Positions 13,483 to 27,299 of a stretch of DNA of 64,000 nt are shown here, one piece after another. The notes beneath the pieces are model-generated. The model was not told the DNA's origin and made no database searches. It saw only the letters and a list, made by a program, of their open reading frames with translations. This DNA is from Eledone cirrhosa (Eukaryota), in the NCBI GenBank assembly GCA_964016885.1, contig OZ024750.1, positions 33,914,001 through 33,978,000 on the forward strand, in the 5' to 3' direction. Positions within the stretch are counted from its first letter, which is position 1. Each line of letters opens with the position of its first letter. The translations under genes were made by a program, and so were the position numbers.

Positions 13483-13509
13483 TATATGATAATAATAATG
13501 ATATGCAAA

Positions 13510-13746
13510 TTAACCCTTTTGATAGAAACCCATCCAACCCCACCTCTGATTCCATGGAACAAAGCCATCCATTTAGAAGATTCCTATTTAAATTAAAATC
13601 TTCCAACGTAATTTCATATAAAACCGTTCTGTTATGTTACAAATAACTTAATAATTGAAATAATTTTAGTAAATCCTTCCAAATTCTTCATTGATTAATT
13701 CAAAAAGAAAGTAATTTTATCAGAAATATGGTAATGAAAAGATTAT
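13510..13746. mobile_element. piggyBac-type MITE family B
   Basis: TTAA-CCCTTTTG start; interior homologous to 61104-61340 (reverse complement). Confidence 0.65.
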
Positions 13747-14099
13747 AGCAATATTCTTTAACCTAGTTGTTGCATTCTCTGGTGATGGTTGATAAAAGTT
13801 CTGTAGCTAACAGTGTGAGGAAGTGGGTGTCAATTAAAACATTGGGCCTGATACATATACTTGAAACATTTGTAACAAAGACGGGGTTAATGTTGTATCC
13901 GTAAGCTGCAGAAATGCAACCATCTAGGAGAGCAGTCACTCCAAATAAATAAAACTGCATGGGATAGATGTGGGCTCTGTAAGTTATAGCAAAGGCAAAG
14001 TGTCTAGGAAAGCAGTTACTCTGAATAAAAACTGATACAAGGTAGAGAGGACCCTTAAGTTTTGTCTAGTGTGGGTGGCATGATAAAATGCTCCAAATA

Positions 14100-14300
14100 C
14101 AGGCAGTAAAGTGGTTAGTGATAGGAAGGGCATCCAGCCAGAAAAACCCTGCTAAAAAAATATCATCAGTATTAGTTAGAGGTTTAATCTTGCGATGGAC
14201 TGGTGTCCTGTCAGCGGAAGGAGTCTTGTACTGTCTTAACACCAAAGAAACTAGGATAAACACTGGCCTATGAGCCTAGAGGCTCGAGACAGACTTTAGA
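14100..14300 (+). mobile_element. SINE/RTE-tail fragments (RTE 3'UTR motif plus V-domain-like tgcgatggactggtgtcctgtc)
   Basis: Motif similarity only. Confidence 0.45.
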
Positions 14301-14469
14301 CTAATAATTATGCAGTGACCACTGCTATGGGAGATGATGAAGAAACTCATCATAAAGATGATGATGATGATGATACTTTGAGGAATAAAAAATATCTAGC
14401 AAGAAAAATAAGAAATTTTCTAAACTTAATTTTTTTTTTTTTTTGGGGGGGGGGGGGGGGGGTCATTTA

Positions 14470-14730
14470 TATTGACCCCTGTACACTTGACTGGTACATT
14501 ATTTTATTGACCTCTGAATAATAAAAAGCAAAGCTGACCTCAATGGCATTTGAATTCAGGACATAAAGAGTCCGAAAAAGTATTACCAATCCACTGCCAA
14601 TTCACTGCCAATCTACTGCCAATTCACTACCAATCCACTGCCAATTAACTGCCAGTCCACTGCCAATTCAATACCAACCCACTGCCAATCCACTGCCAAT
14701 TCACTACCAATTCACTGCCAATCCACCACC
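14470..14730 (-). repeat. decayed Meta SINE with its 5' end amplified as an 11-bp tandem repeat (actgccaatcc/ttc)
   Basis: About 13 units matching the SINE terminus actgccaatccaccgcc. Confidence 0.75.
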
Positions 14731-14807
14731 CTCCTAACTAAGAAATAACAGAAGCTAAGAAACACACCTGCAATCTCTACAGGAATGCAAATAATAAATG
14801 ATAACTG

Positions 14808-15246
14808 CGGTGTGGTGCGGTGTGGTGTGGTATGGTATGGTGTAGTGTGGTGTGGTGTGGTATGGTATGGTGTGGTATGGTGTGGTGCGGTGCAGTGCGG
14901 TGTGGTATGGTATGGTATGGTGTGGTGTGGTATGGAATGGTATGGTGTAGTGTGGTGTGGTGTGGTATGGTATGGTGTGGTATGGTGTGGTGCGGTGCAG
15001 TGCGGTGTGGTATGGTATGGTATGGTGTGGTGTGGTATGGAATGGTATGGTGTAGTGTGGTGTGGTGTGGTATGGTATGGTGTGGTATGGTGTGGTGCGG
15101 TGCAGTGCGGTGTGGTATGGTATGGTATGGTACGGTATGGTATGGTGTGGTGTGGTATGGAATGGTATGGTGTGGTGTGGTATGGTATGGTATGGTGCGG
15201 TATGGTGTGTTGTGGTATGGTATGGTGTGGTGTGGTATGGTATGGT
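14808..15246. repeat. (GGTGT/GGTAT)n pentanucleotide satellite with 105-bp higher-order period
   Basis: tgcagtgcgg recurs at 14891, 14996 and 15101. Confidence 0.9.
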
Positions 15247-16213
15247 GCTGTCATCACCTCCATCTCTCCCCCCCCCCATCTCTCTCACATACACCAGATC
15301 CGAACACAGAGGAGCCAAACTCCCACTGTCATCGCCTCCATCTCTCCCGCCCTCCCCTCCCCGCAATCTCTCTCACATACAGCAGGTCCGAACACAGAGG
15401 AGCCAAACTCCCACTGTCATCGCCTCCATCTCTCCCACCCTCCCCTCCCTCATCTCTCACACATACACCAGGTCTGAACACAGAGGAGCCAAACTCCCAC
15501 TGACATCGCCTCCATCTCTCCCGCCCTCCCCATCTCTCTCACATACACCAGGTCTGAACACAGAGGAGCCAAACTGCCACTGCCATGGCCTCCATCTCAA
15601 CCACCCTCCCCTCCCCCATCTCTCTCACATACACCAGGTCTGAACACAGAGGAGCCAAACTCCCACTGACATCGCCTCCATCTCTCCCGCCCTCCCCTCC
15701 CTCATCTCTCACACATACACCAGGTCTGAACACAGAGGAGCCAAACTCCCACTGTCATCGACTCCATCTCTCCCACCCTCCCCTCCCTCATCTCTCACAC
15801 ATACACCAGGTCCGAACACAGAGGAGCCAAACTCCCACTGACATCGCCTCCATCTCTCCCGCCCTCCCCATCTCTCTCACATACACCAGGTCCGAACACA
15901 GAGGAGCCAAACTGCCACTGCCATGGCCTCCATCTCTCCCACCCTCCCCTCCCCCATCTCTCTCACATACACCAGGTCCGAACACAGAGGAGCCAAACTC
16001 CCACTGTCATCGCCTCCATCTCTCTCGCCCTCCCCATCTCTCTCACATACACCAGGTCCGAACACAGAGGAGCCAAACTATCACTGTCATGGCCTCCATC
16101 TCTCCCGACCTCCTCTACTCCCCCCCCCCCCCCCCACCGCCATCTCTCTCACATACACCAGATCCGAACACAGAGGAGCCAAACTCCCACCGACATCGAC
16201 TCCATCTCTCACT
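15247..16213. repeat. C-rich minisatellite, about 11 units of about 80-105 bp
   Basis: Core gaacacagaggagccaaact repeated 11 times. Confidence 0.95.
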
Positions 16214-16504
16214 ATTATGAGCTAATGGAGTCCCACGCGCTGATTGCTCCACGCCCCCCCCCCCCCGGCAGACAGAATAGAGAAGGCGTTTCCCCAGAGA
16301 ATGGTGAGGGAGGTGTGCTGGGGGGGGGGAGCCATTCCATCACTGTTTACTTATCTGAGAGAACCAAACTGAAAACAACAAACAAATAAATAATACAATA
16401 AAACAATAAATAAGAAAGAAACAGGTAAAAGAATAAAAAAACAAAATAAAAACAGCTAAAATTGCAGATAACACAGCAAAGTCATCACATATATTTTATA
16501 TCTA

Positions 16505-17332
16505 TAACAAGTGAATTATAACATAGGTAGATAATGGTGGTGGAGGAAGGGGAGGATGGGGGAGGAGGTGAGAGGAGGAGAATGGGGAGAGGGGGAGGGG
16601 TCAGGTGTAACAAGTGAATTATAACATAGGTAGGTAGATAATGGTGGTGGAGGAGGGGGGGGGGGGGGGGTGAGAGGAGGAGAATGAGGAGGAGGGGGTC
16701 AGGTGTAACAAGTGAATTATAACATAGGTAGATAATGGTGGTGGAGGAAGGGGGGTGAGAGGAGGAGAATGAGGAGGAGGGTGTCAGGTGTAACAAGTGA
16801 ATTATAACATAGGTAGGTAGATAATGGTGGTGAAGGAGGAGGGGGGAGGTGAGAGGAGGAGAATGAGGAGGGGGGGAGGTCAGGTGTAACAAGTGAATTA
16901 TAACATAGGTAGGTAGATAATGGTGGTGGAGGAAGGGGAGGATGGGGGAGGAGGTGAGAGGAGGAGAATGAGGAGAGGGGGGAGGAGGTGAGAGGAGGAG
17001 AATGAGGAGAGGGGGGAGAGGAGGAGGGGGTCAGGTGTAACAAGTGAATTATAACATAGGTAGGTAGATAATGGTTGTGGTGGTGAGGAGAGGGGGGAAG
17101 GGTGAGGAGAGGGAGAAGGGGAAGGAGGGGGATCAGGTGTAACAAGTGAATTATAACATAGGTAGGTAGATAATGGTTGTGGTGGTGAGGAGAGGGGGGA
17201 AGGGTGAGGAGAGGGAGAAGGGGAAGGAGGGGGATCAGGTGTAACAAGTGAATTATAACATAGGTAGGTAGGTAGATAATGGTAGTGGTGGTGGTGAGGA
17301 GAGGGGGAGGAGAGTGGATCAGGTGTAACAAA
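16505..17332. repeat. G-rich minisatellite: constant core of about 45 bp plus variable GA-rich linkers, about 8.5 units
   Basis: Core tcaggtgtaacaagtgaattataacataggtaggtagataatgg. Confidence 0.9.
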
Positions 17333-17464
17333 ATAATTTACAACATAAATTTATCTACATAAATTTGTAGATAAATAATGGTAGTGGTGATGATGATGAT
17401 GATGATGAGCAGCATATTGATGATGATAGGGAGATAAAGAGGAAAGTAATAGATATAATAAGAA

Positions 17465-18553
17465 CAATGTGCAATGTCAATGTGTGTAAACGACGAAGCA
17501 TGGATGAATTGAGAGAGAAACTGTATAAGAGGAATAAGTTGTAGTTTGCAGGAGAGAAGACAGCGATGGTATGGACATGTGATGAGCATGGAGGATGACT
17601 GCTGGGAGAAGAAGTGCCAGGTAATCCCAGTGGAAGGAAGACACAGTAGAGGTAGACCACGAAAAACATGGGCGGAAGGTGGTAAGAGCTGACCTCAGAT
17701 TGCTGAAGCTCACGAAGGAGATGACAAAGGACCGTGACAAGTGGAGAGATGCTGTGCTGAATAGGACCTGTCCCAGTGGAAGGAAGACACAGTAGAGGTA
17801 GACCACGAAAAACATGGGCGGAAGGTGGTAAGAGCTGACCTCAGATTGCTGAAGCTCACGAAGGAGATGACAAAGGACCGTGACAAGTGGAGAGATGCTG
17901 TGCTGAATAGGACCTGTCCCAGTGGAAGGAAGACACAGTAGAGGTAGACCACGAAAAACATGGGCGGAAGGTGGTAAGAGCTGACCTCAGATTGCTGAAG
18001 CTCACGAAGGAGATGACAAAGGACCGTGACAAGTGGAGAGATGCTGTGCTGAATAGGACCTGTCCCAGTGGAAGGAAGACACAGTAGAGGTAGACCACGA
18101 AAAACATGGGCGGAAGGTGGTAAGAGCTGACCTCAGATTGCTGAAGCTCACGAAGGAGATGACAAAGGACCGTGACAAGTGGAGAGATGCTGTGCTGAAT
18201 AGGACCTGTCCCAGTGGAAGGAAGACACAGTAGAGGTAGACCACGAAAAACATGGGCGGAAGGTGGTAAGAGCTGACCTCAGATTGCTGAAGCTCACGAA
18301 GGAGATGACAAAGGACCGTGACAAGTGGAGAGATGCTGTGCTGAATAGGACCTGTCCCAGTGGAAGGAAGACACAGTAGAGGTAGACCACGAAAAACATG
18401 GGCGGAAGGTGGTAAGAGCTGACCTCAGATTGCTGAAGCTCACGAAGGAGATGACAAAGGACCGTGACAAGTGGAGAGATGCTGTGCTGAAGAGGATCCA
18501 TCCCACCCTTGCAAGCAGGGAAAAGCGGACGTAAAATTATGAAGATAATGATG
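17465..18553 (+). mobile_element. RTE LINE subfamily C 3' end with six tandem 146-bp copies
   Basis: cccagtggaaggaag at 17626, 17772, 17918, 18064, 18210 and 18356; ends in the cccttgcaagcagggaaaagcggacgtaaa tail. Confidence 0.95.
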
Positions 18554-18894
18554 ACTCCGTGGCAGCAGCAGAGAACGTTGACAAGGTAGCTTTTGTCATT
18601 TTTAATTTTATGTAATGGAGCTAAATACCTGAACAGGGTAAATGACATTTAGAAAAATATGGTGCAACTGTGAGTTATTACATACACATGGGAAAAAACA
18701 CTAAAACTGAAGGTGTAATAACAATTATCTCACTATCCCTACCTCTTTCCTCTCCTCTCTCTTTCCTCTCCTCTCTTTCCTCTCTATCTCTTTCCTATCT
18801 ATCTCTTTCCTCTCCTCTCTCTCTTTCCTTTCTATCTCTTTCCTCTCCTCTCTCTTTCCTCTCTCTCTCATGTCTCTCCTCTCTCGCTCCCCCA

Positions 18895-19262
18895 TAATTT
18901 CTGGTGGAGACATAGGACTGATGTAGTGACATATAGTGTTTTTTTTTTGGGGGGGGGGGGGGGCCTAGTAAAGCTCACCCCTCTCTACAGGTCTGAACAC
19001 ACCCAATTTCTTTGTGAGAGAGAGAGAGAGAAAGAGAAAGAGAGAGGGGGGAAAGAGAGGGGGGGAGGAAAATATAAAGGAATAATTGACGCCAGTACTG
19101 GACTTGACAAGTACTTCTGTTTTTTTTATCAACCTCAGGTGGGAATGAAAGGCAAAGTTGACCTCAGCAGGATTTGAGCTGAGAGAGCAGAGTGCTGGAA
19201 TGACTACTAATAACACAAAGCGTTCTCTCCGACGCTCTAATGACTCTGCCAATTCACTGACT
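18895..19262 (-). mobile_element. Meta SINE variant with a long GA-containing tail
   Basis: Meta/tRNA part at 19085-19262; tail (ctctacaggtctgaacac...ttct..gagag) shared with 33995-34300 and 61393-61695. Confidence 0.6.
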
Positions 19263-19412
19263 GTAATAAGAATTAGTTCACCATAATAAATGACCTCGAT
19301 CAGCATGTTACAAGTGGAGACAGAAATAGCTGCAGGTTTATCTAATGTTTTGAAGAAGTTCATAGTTTCTATTATACAACAGGAACTAACTGACTAACTG
19401 ACAAATGAAACG

Positions 19413-19479
<67 letters not shown>

Positions 19480-19964
19480 TTAACAACTTAAAAGAAATTA
19501 CATGACTTTTCAATGTGTTATAGTAATCTAAGAGTAAGTCTATTAAAATAGTTTCCCTGCATTAATTGTGCCAGACACTTCAATTTTTCTAGCTGAAAAA
19601 TCAAATTTCCATTGCTGGTTTTTATTTTATTTATTTATTTATTTATTTTTTTTTTTTTTTTTTTTTTTTTAAGTGTTTAACAGCCGGAAAGACATCCTGC
19701 AGTAAAATGCAAACCAACATTCCACCAAGGCTAACATGGATATAAAAATAATGAAACAAAGAAGATTTGGTGAAGGAAAAAATATAGAGAGATTGTAAGA
19801 AAATGGATGGGAGTGACTATATAGAGAAATTGCACAAATAACAAAGATAATAAAAATTAAGGAAACATAGAAATAGAATATATGTTTTTGAATTCATCTG
19901 AAAACAAAACAAAGTGGATTGAGAAAATTGAGAATACACTGTGATTAAAAGTTCATACAATCAT

Positions 19965-20300
19965 AATTGTTTCTACTTTTGGCACAAGGCCAGCAATTTC
20001 CCCCAGTGTATTACTGGTGCATTATTTTATCGACCCTTGACGCGATTTGAACTGAGATTGGATTGTCAAGGGCCGCAAAGTATAGCGTCCGACCCTACAC
20101 ACTACAATCATAATTTTTTCTACTTTAGGCACAAGGCCAGCAATTACCCAGTGCATTACTGGTACTTTATTTTATCGACCCCGTAAGGATGAAAGGCAAA
20201 GTCAACCTCGGCGGGATTTGAACTCAGATCGTAAAGGGACGTAACTATGCTGGAAAGCATGGCGTCCGACCCTCTACCGATACTGCCAATCCACCGCCAT
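19965..20300 (-). mobile_element. Meta SINE: deleted copy plus young full copy (20115-20298)
   Basis: Full copy differs from the reverse complement of 21758-21940 at only about 2 positions by eye. Confidence 0.9.
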
Positions 20301-20330
20301 AATGTTGTGGTTTATATAGAGTAAAGACCT

Positions 20331-21203
20331 TTAACCCTTCAGCATTCACATTACTTTATATTTACTATTGTGTTTTTACAGTAAACACTATCTCTTATAA
20401 TTATTCCACATAATATCAAATCTAAGAGATTTTGATATTATTTATTTTGAGAAATACCTTAACATAAGTTTCAGCAACTAGTTATGACCGGTTTGAACAG
20501 GAAGAGATGAGAGAATTCTGGCCAGATACGGAAGGGTTTAAATGCTAAAGGGATAAATACATCATGTTTTTAAACAGCTAAACATCTGTAATGCCCTGAA
20601 ATACAATAAAAGGCAGACTGATTCTTATGCAGTGAACAAATTAGGAAAATATTTTGCCAAGTAGAAAATAAGATAGTTAAATGGTGCTATGCATCACCAT
20701 TATCATCACCATTCATGGTAAAGGCTTTACCTCACATAATTATCCTGTATAATATCGAATCTATGAGATTTTGATATTTATTTTGAGAACAATACCTTAA
20801 CATAAGTATGAACGACCAGTTACATTACAGCCGGTTTGAACAGAAAGAGGTGAGAGAGAGAATTCTGGCTGGATACGGCCAGTTTAAATGCTAAAGGGTT
20901 AAAGACAGAAAAGGGGTTTTCACCCTATTGGCGGTGTGTGGCCTAGTGGTAAGGGTGTTGGACTTACAATCATAATGTCATAGTTTATATAGCATAAAGA
21001 CTTTTTAACCCTTTAGCATTCACATTACTCTATATATACTATTATATTTTCATGGTAAAGGCTTTACCTCACATAATTATCTCACATAATATCAAATCTA
21101 TGAGATTTTGAAAGTATTTAATATCAGTTTAAGCGACCAGTTACAGCCAGTTTCAACAGAAAGAGGTAGAGAATTCTGGCCGATTTGAACATTAAAGGGT
21201 TAA
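20331..21203. mobile_element. cluster of three MITE A copies (20331-20556, about 20712-20902 truncated, 21005-21203)
   Basis: TTAA-CCCTT(C/T)AGCATT ... (C/T)TAAAGGG-TTAA termini. Confidence 0.85.
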
Positions 21204-21589
21204 CGATAGAAAAAGGGTCTTCCCCTTATTTTAAAAGCTATTTTATAGCATCTCTGCACATGAGCACGCCATTCTTTACATTAAATCTACAATAGTTATT
21301 TGTATTGGAGATTAAATCATAAACCATTATTTTACAGATGGAATAAGTAATAGTTGGTATCTTTACTAAATTATAACACAGTTCAAAACTTTACACCTTG
21401 TGAAAGACTTATGAAAGGTCTTTATATTAATTTTGTTTTACTTTTTTATACCATCTTTGAATATAAAAAGATATTTCTTTTAACATTTACTATTAACAAT
21501 TGCTACATTTGTTATTATTTACTTAATGTTTCCTAATAAGGATGTTTTTAATCTTATTCACTGTAAATAATTATTTTAGTCATGCACAT

Positions 21590-21965
21590 CAGTAGAGGGA
21601 TGGGCACCATGGAGTTGCGGCCCTTTACATCCCGAATTCAAATCCCGCCGAGGTTAACTTTGTCTTTCGTCCCTACGGGGTCGAGAAAATAAAGTACCAG
21701 TAATGCACTGAGATAATTGCTGGCCTTGTGCCCATATAAGAAACCATTATTATTAAGGGCGGTGGATTGGCAGTATCGGTAGAGGGTCGGACGCCATGCT
21801 TTACAGCATAGTTACGTCCCTTTACAATCTGAGTTCAAATCCCGCCGAGGTTGACTTTGCCTTTCATCCTTACGGGGTCGATAAAATAAAGTACCAGTAA
21901 TGCACTGGGTAATTGCTGGCCTTGTGCCTAAAGTAGAAACAATTATTATTATTATTATTATTATT
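21590..21965 (+). mobile_element. two tandem Meta-domain tRNA-SINEs with (ATT)n tail
   Basis: A-box-like TGGCAGTATCGG, B-box GAGTTCAAATCC, Meta-like gaggttgactttgcctttcatccttacggggtcgataaaataaagtacc. Confidence 0.9.
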
Positions 21966-21967
21966 AT

Positions 21968-22335
21968 TTCCTTTTATTTGCTACAAGGGCCAACAAAAAG
22001 GGGGACAAAACAATAGATAGGGACAGTGAGGGTTTACATATATAATGTGTAAAAAATATAAATAACAATAACAAAAAAACAAGAAAAATACAACAATGAA
22101 AATTCCCAAATAGGAGGGGAAAACCACCTAGGGTCTACTCAGGTACCCCACCAATCCTGAAACACCGAACGCTTCAAGGGTACCACAAATTATCCAGCCT
22201 ACAGACGCATAGTCAGAGTAGGCCATTCTCGCCACATTTACCCAACTTTTAGCAAATGTACTGGGGGTCAGCACTTCTCTTTCGACCCTCACCTTCCTTT
22301 CTAAGTGAAACTTGAAAAAGTTGATTAATAATACA
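21968..22335 (-). mobile_element. Tx1/L1-like LINE 3' end
   Basis: Minus ORF LINFFKFHLERKVRVEREVLTPSTFAKSWVNVARMA resembles the ORF2 C-terminus of Tx1-type elements; followed by T-rich UTR and AATAAA. Confidence 0.5.
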
Positions 22336-22540
22336 CTAACTTTTAAGATAGATATCACAATTCCTCCAAAATTTATTAATATTTATTTGATTTGAATTAT
22401 ATTAAGTCAGTAATAGCTCTTTTACATTTATAAATAACTTCTTAAAATTATCTCCTTAAAAAAGAAAGAAAATTAAGTTAAACCCAGAAGAAAAGTCCAG
22501 AAAAAGAAAATTCTGGCTGGAACAGGTAAAAGAGTATATA

Positions 22541-22833
22541 TATATAGTAATAATAAATGTGAAGAGTAAAATCCAAAGAGAACGTCTTCACAAACCAAAG
22601 TATCGTCTCCTTGTTTTCTTGCGATTCTAACGTTTTCTTTTTAAATTTACTTCTGCATCCACAGATTCATTTTTTCAGTTTCACAAGATTCCATTAAGGG
22701 TAAAAGCAGCGATTCTTTGCTTAAACTTTAATTTGTTCTTATAATAAATATTTGCTCTACGGGTTTATATATATATATAATCCTTATAGAGCCCTCTTCG
22801 GATTTTAGTCTTCACATTTATTATTACTATATA
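22541..22833. repeat. TA-embedded segment bounded by about 40-bp inverted repeats
   Basis: tagtaataataaatgtgaagagtaaaatccaaagag / ctcttcggattttagtcttcacatttattattacta. Confidence 0.75.
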
Positions 22834-22991
22834 TATATACACATAAATATATATATACACAAATATATATACATATATATATATACATAAATATATATAC
22901 ACATATATATATACACAAATATATATACACATATATATATATAAATATATATATACATAAATATATATATAAATATATATACACATATATA

Positions 22992-23250
22992 TGCAAAGTT
23001 TTATTTAAATTGTTGGGTTACAACGAGTAAATATTTATAACTGATATAAAAGCACTCAACAAGTATTTGGAGTATATTTACGATATTAAATAAATGGAAA
23101 CTATATTTATAAAACCATATTTATTTCATTATATATATTTCAAGGATATCATATTAAAAATATGGTATGCCTTCTTCAGACAAAATACAATATAAACAGT
23201 CTTATAAATAGATAGATTGGACATACCTTACAACTTCAACTTCCATTTAA
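22992..23250 (-). mobile_element. hammerhead-bearing Penelope-like/retrozyme element
   Basis: 3' end tttgca abuts (TA)n; family tail plus hammerhead at 23122-23187. Confidence 0.75.
23122..23187 (-). ncRNA. minimal type I hammerhead ribozyme
   Basis: TATTTTGT-CTGAAGA-AGGCATACCATA/TATGATATCCTT-GAAA-TATATA-TA-ATGAAATA. Confidence 0.75.
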
Positions 23251-23450
23251 AAAGTTGATTTGGTAGTGAAAAATGTTAGGGACAGTTATAAAAAGAAAGA
23301 AAGAAAGAAAAAAGCGAAGAAAAAGAAGAAATGCATGCAACTAAATAGAGAGAGATAGATATAGAGAGATAGATAGAGAGAAGAAATGCATGTAAAGAAA
23401 CAGGGAGAGATAGATAGAGAGAGAAAAAACACAGAGGGAGATAGATAGAG

Positions 23451-23505
<55 letters not shown>

Positions 23506-23734
23506 AAAAAATAGAGAGAGATAGATATAGATAGAGATAGAGAGAAAGAAAATAGGTAGTTGGGCACCAGTTGAATGACGTATCAATGATACACATATAT
23601 ATATATATACATAAATATACACATATATAAATATATATATACACACACACATATATATATATACACATATATATATATACATATATATATATACACAAAT
23701 ATATATATATATACACAAATATATATAAATACAA

Positions 23735-23772
<38 letters not shown>

Positions 23773-23789
23773 GAAAATGTTCATGACCC

Positions 23790-23903
23790 CGACGGCAGAG
23801 CTCAAGCAATTTTCCTATTACCCACTCTACTACTCTAAGTATTGAGTACTCTGGTGCCTATCACACTTCAGTCCATCGGGTCCCTACCACACTTCATTTG
23901 TTA
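23790..23903 (+). mobile_element. unclassified short repeat ending in (TA)n (second copy 45240-45338)
   Basis: tcctattacccactctactac.ctaagtattgagtact.tggtgc shared between the copies. Confidence 0.6.
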
Positions 23904-24544
23904 TATATATATATATATATATATACATATACGTGTATGTATATAAAAGGTAACATATATATATACAAATATATAGACATATAAATGTACAAATATATAT
24001 ACATATATACAAATATATATACACATATATATATATAAATGTACAAATATATATATAAATATATATATTTTGAGTATATGTTGGTTGTATACCAACACCT
24101 CAGTATGCGGATTGGAGCACTCGATGAACTACGCAGGTTGGTTTGTTTACTCTGGAGTAATGTAGAATAATTAAGTCAAACAGGTAAAATTTGGTTCCGT
24201 TTATTATAAATTATAGATATATTTTATTTCATTTTATAAATAAATATACATATATATATATATACAAATATATATATACATATAAATGTACAAATATATA
24301 TTCATATATACAAATATATATAAAAATACAAATATATATATATATATATATATATATTTTAAGAGAGATATATTTTAACTTTAATTATATCTCATAAAAT
24401 AATACAACTGGCTTTTCCACATAATACATATTGTTAGCACCCCAAACACTTAAATTGGGTTTATATTAAAATATAAACTAATGTTTGTTGAGTGAGATGG
24501 TTACCAGTCAGAGATGAGCTTTAAACTACCTCTGTTATTGTATT

Positions 24545-24592
<48 letters not shown>

Positions 24593-24634
24593 TCACACAC
24601 ACACACACACACATGTATATTTATATATATTGTA

Positions 24635-24796
24635 AAAGTGGTTGGTGTTAGGAAGGGCATCCAGCCATCAAAAACCTCCCAGAGACACATCTATCCTAGC
24701 GAGACACGGTCTCCTGACCAATCCCGCACCAAATGGAACAAATCTGTCTAGCCCATGCTTACTTGGAAGATGGGCGTTAAACGGTGATGATGATGA

Positions 24797-24797
<1 letters not shown>
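24635..24797 (+). mobile_element. RTE-type 3' tail
   Basis: ggttggtgttaggaagggcatccagcc...cccatgc..ggaagatgggcgttaaacggtgatgatgat. Confidence 0.75.
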
Positions 24798-26185
<1,388 letters not shown>

Positions 26186-26651
26186 AAAATCTTGAAACCT
26201 AAAAAGATAACAAGAGTAATGAGATATAAATATGGACTAAAAGTATATATTAACATTTTTGAAAAACATTTTTTTTTTTAAAGAGAGTACACCTATTTGA
26301 ATAGAAGAGAGCTAGATGTTGAGAGAATGAAGAAATGGGGGTTGAAAGCTCAGCATAATGAAGACAAATCAGCCATCTCTTTTAATGTAATAAAAATGGA
26401 GGATGAAAAAAAAGATATTTAATGAAAAGATACTTCTATGATTGCTTACAAATCAAACCCCAAAAGCTTTCAGAAGATAGCAGAAAATGATGACTTGTAT
26501 TAGAAAAATCTAAATAATATTTAAATTGTAAAGAAGTTAAAAACAAAATGGAATCACCTTACTGTTTGAAAGGCAAGGTAGCAAAAGCACATCTTTGAAA
26601 TAAGTCAAACCAAATAGCAGTCTCCATATGAGCAGGTTCAATTTGAAAATG

Positions 26652-26700
26652 TACACACACACACACACACACACATATATGTATATGTATATATATATAT

Positions 26701-26731
<31 letters not shown>

Positions 26732-26862
26732 CACATATATACACACACACATATATATACACATACACACATATATACACATACCCATATATATATATAT
26801 ACATATATATATACATACATACATATATATATATATATACATACATATACACATACATATAT

Positions 26863-26905
<43 letters not shown>

Positions 26906-26906
26906 T

Positions 26907-26963
<57 letters not shown>

Positions 26964-27185
26964 TACTTATATACACACACATATATATATACACATACAC
27001 ACATATATATATATACACACATATATATATATACTCACACACACATACATATATACACACACATGCACATACATACATGCACATACACAAACATAAGCAT
27101 ACATACACATACGCACACAAATATACACACACACACAAATACATATATACACATACACAGAAACAAACACACACATACATACACA
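26652..27185. repeat. (CA)n/(TA)n compound microsatellite
   Basis: Direct inspection. Confidence 0.95.
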
Positions 27186-27299
27186 AAAAAAATATTTGCT
27201 TTAGAAATGTTGTTGACTCCGAAATGTTTAGCAATGAATATCTTTTCTGGGTTTTTTTCATTCAACTTAGAATTTGTAGAGAGAGCATCGTATACCATT

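Noticed and set aside
13767-13900. Possible plus-strand exon (AG...GTAAGC, open frame LLHSLVMVDKSS...)
   Set aside because: No recognisable homology or partner exons; chance-level without RNA data
14712-16225. Cys/Gly/Trp- or Pro/His-rich repetitive ORFs
   Set aside because: Pentanucleotide and minisatellite translations, with unit lengths that do not preserve frame
16505-17332. CRISPR-like constant repeat with variable spacers (also 51910-53465 and 42930-43245)
   Set aside because: Spacers are low-complexity, mutually related and variable in length; eukaryotic context, no cas genes
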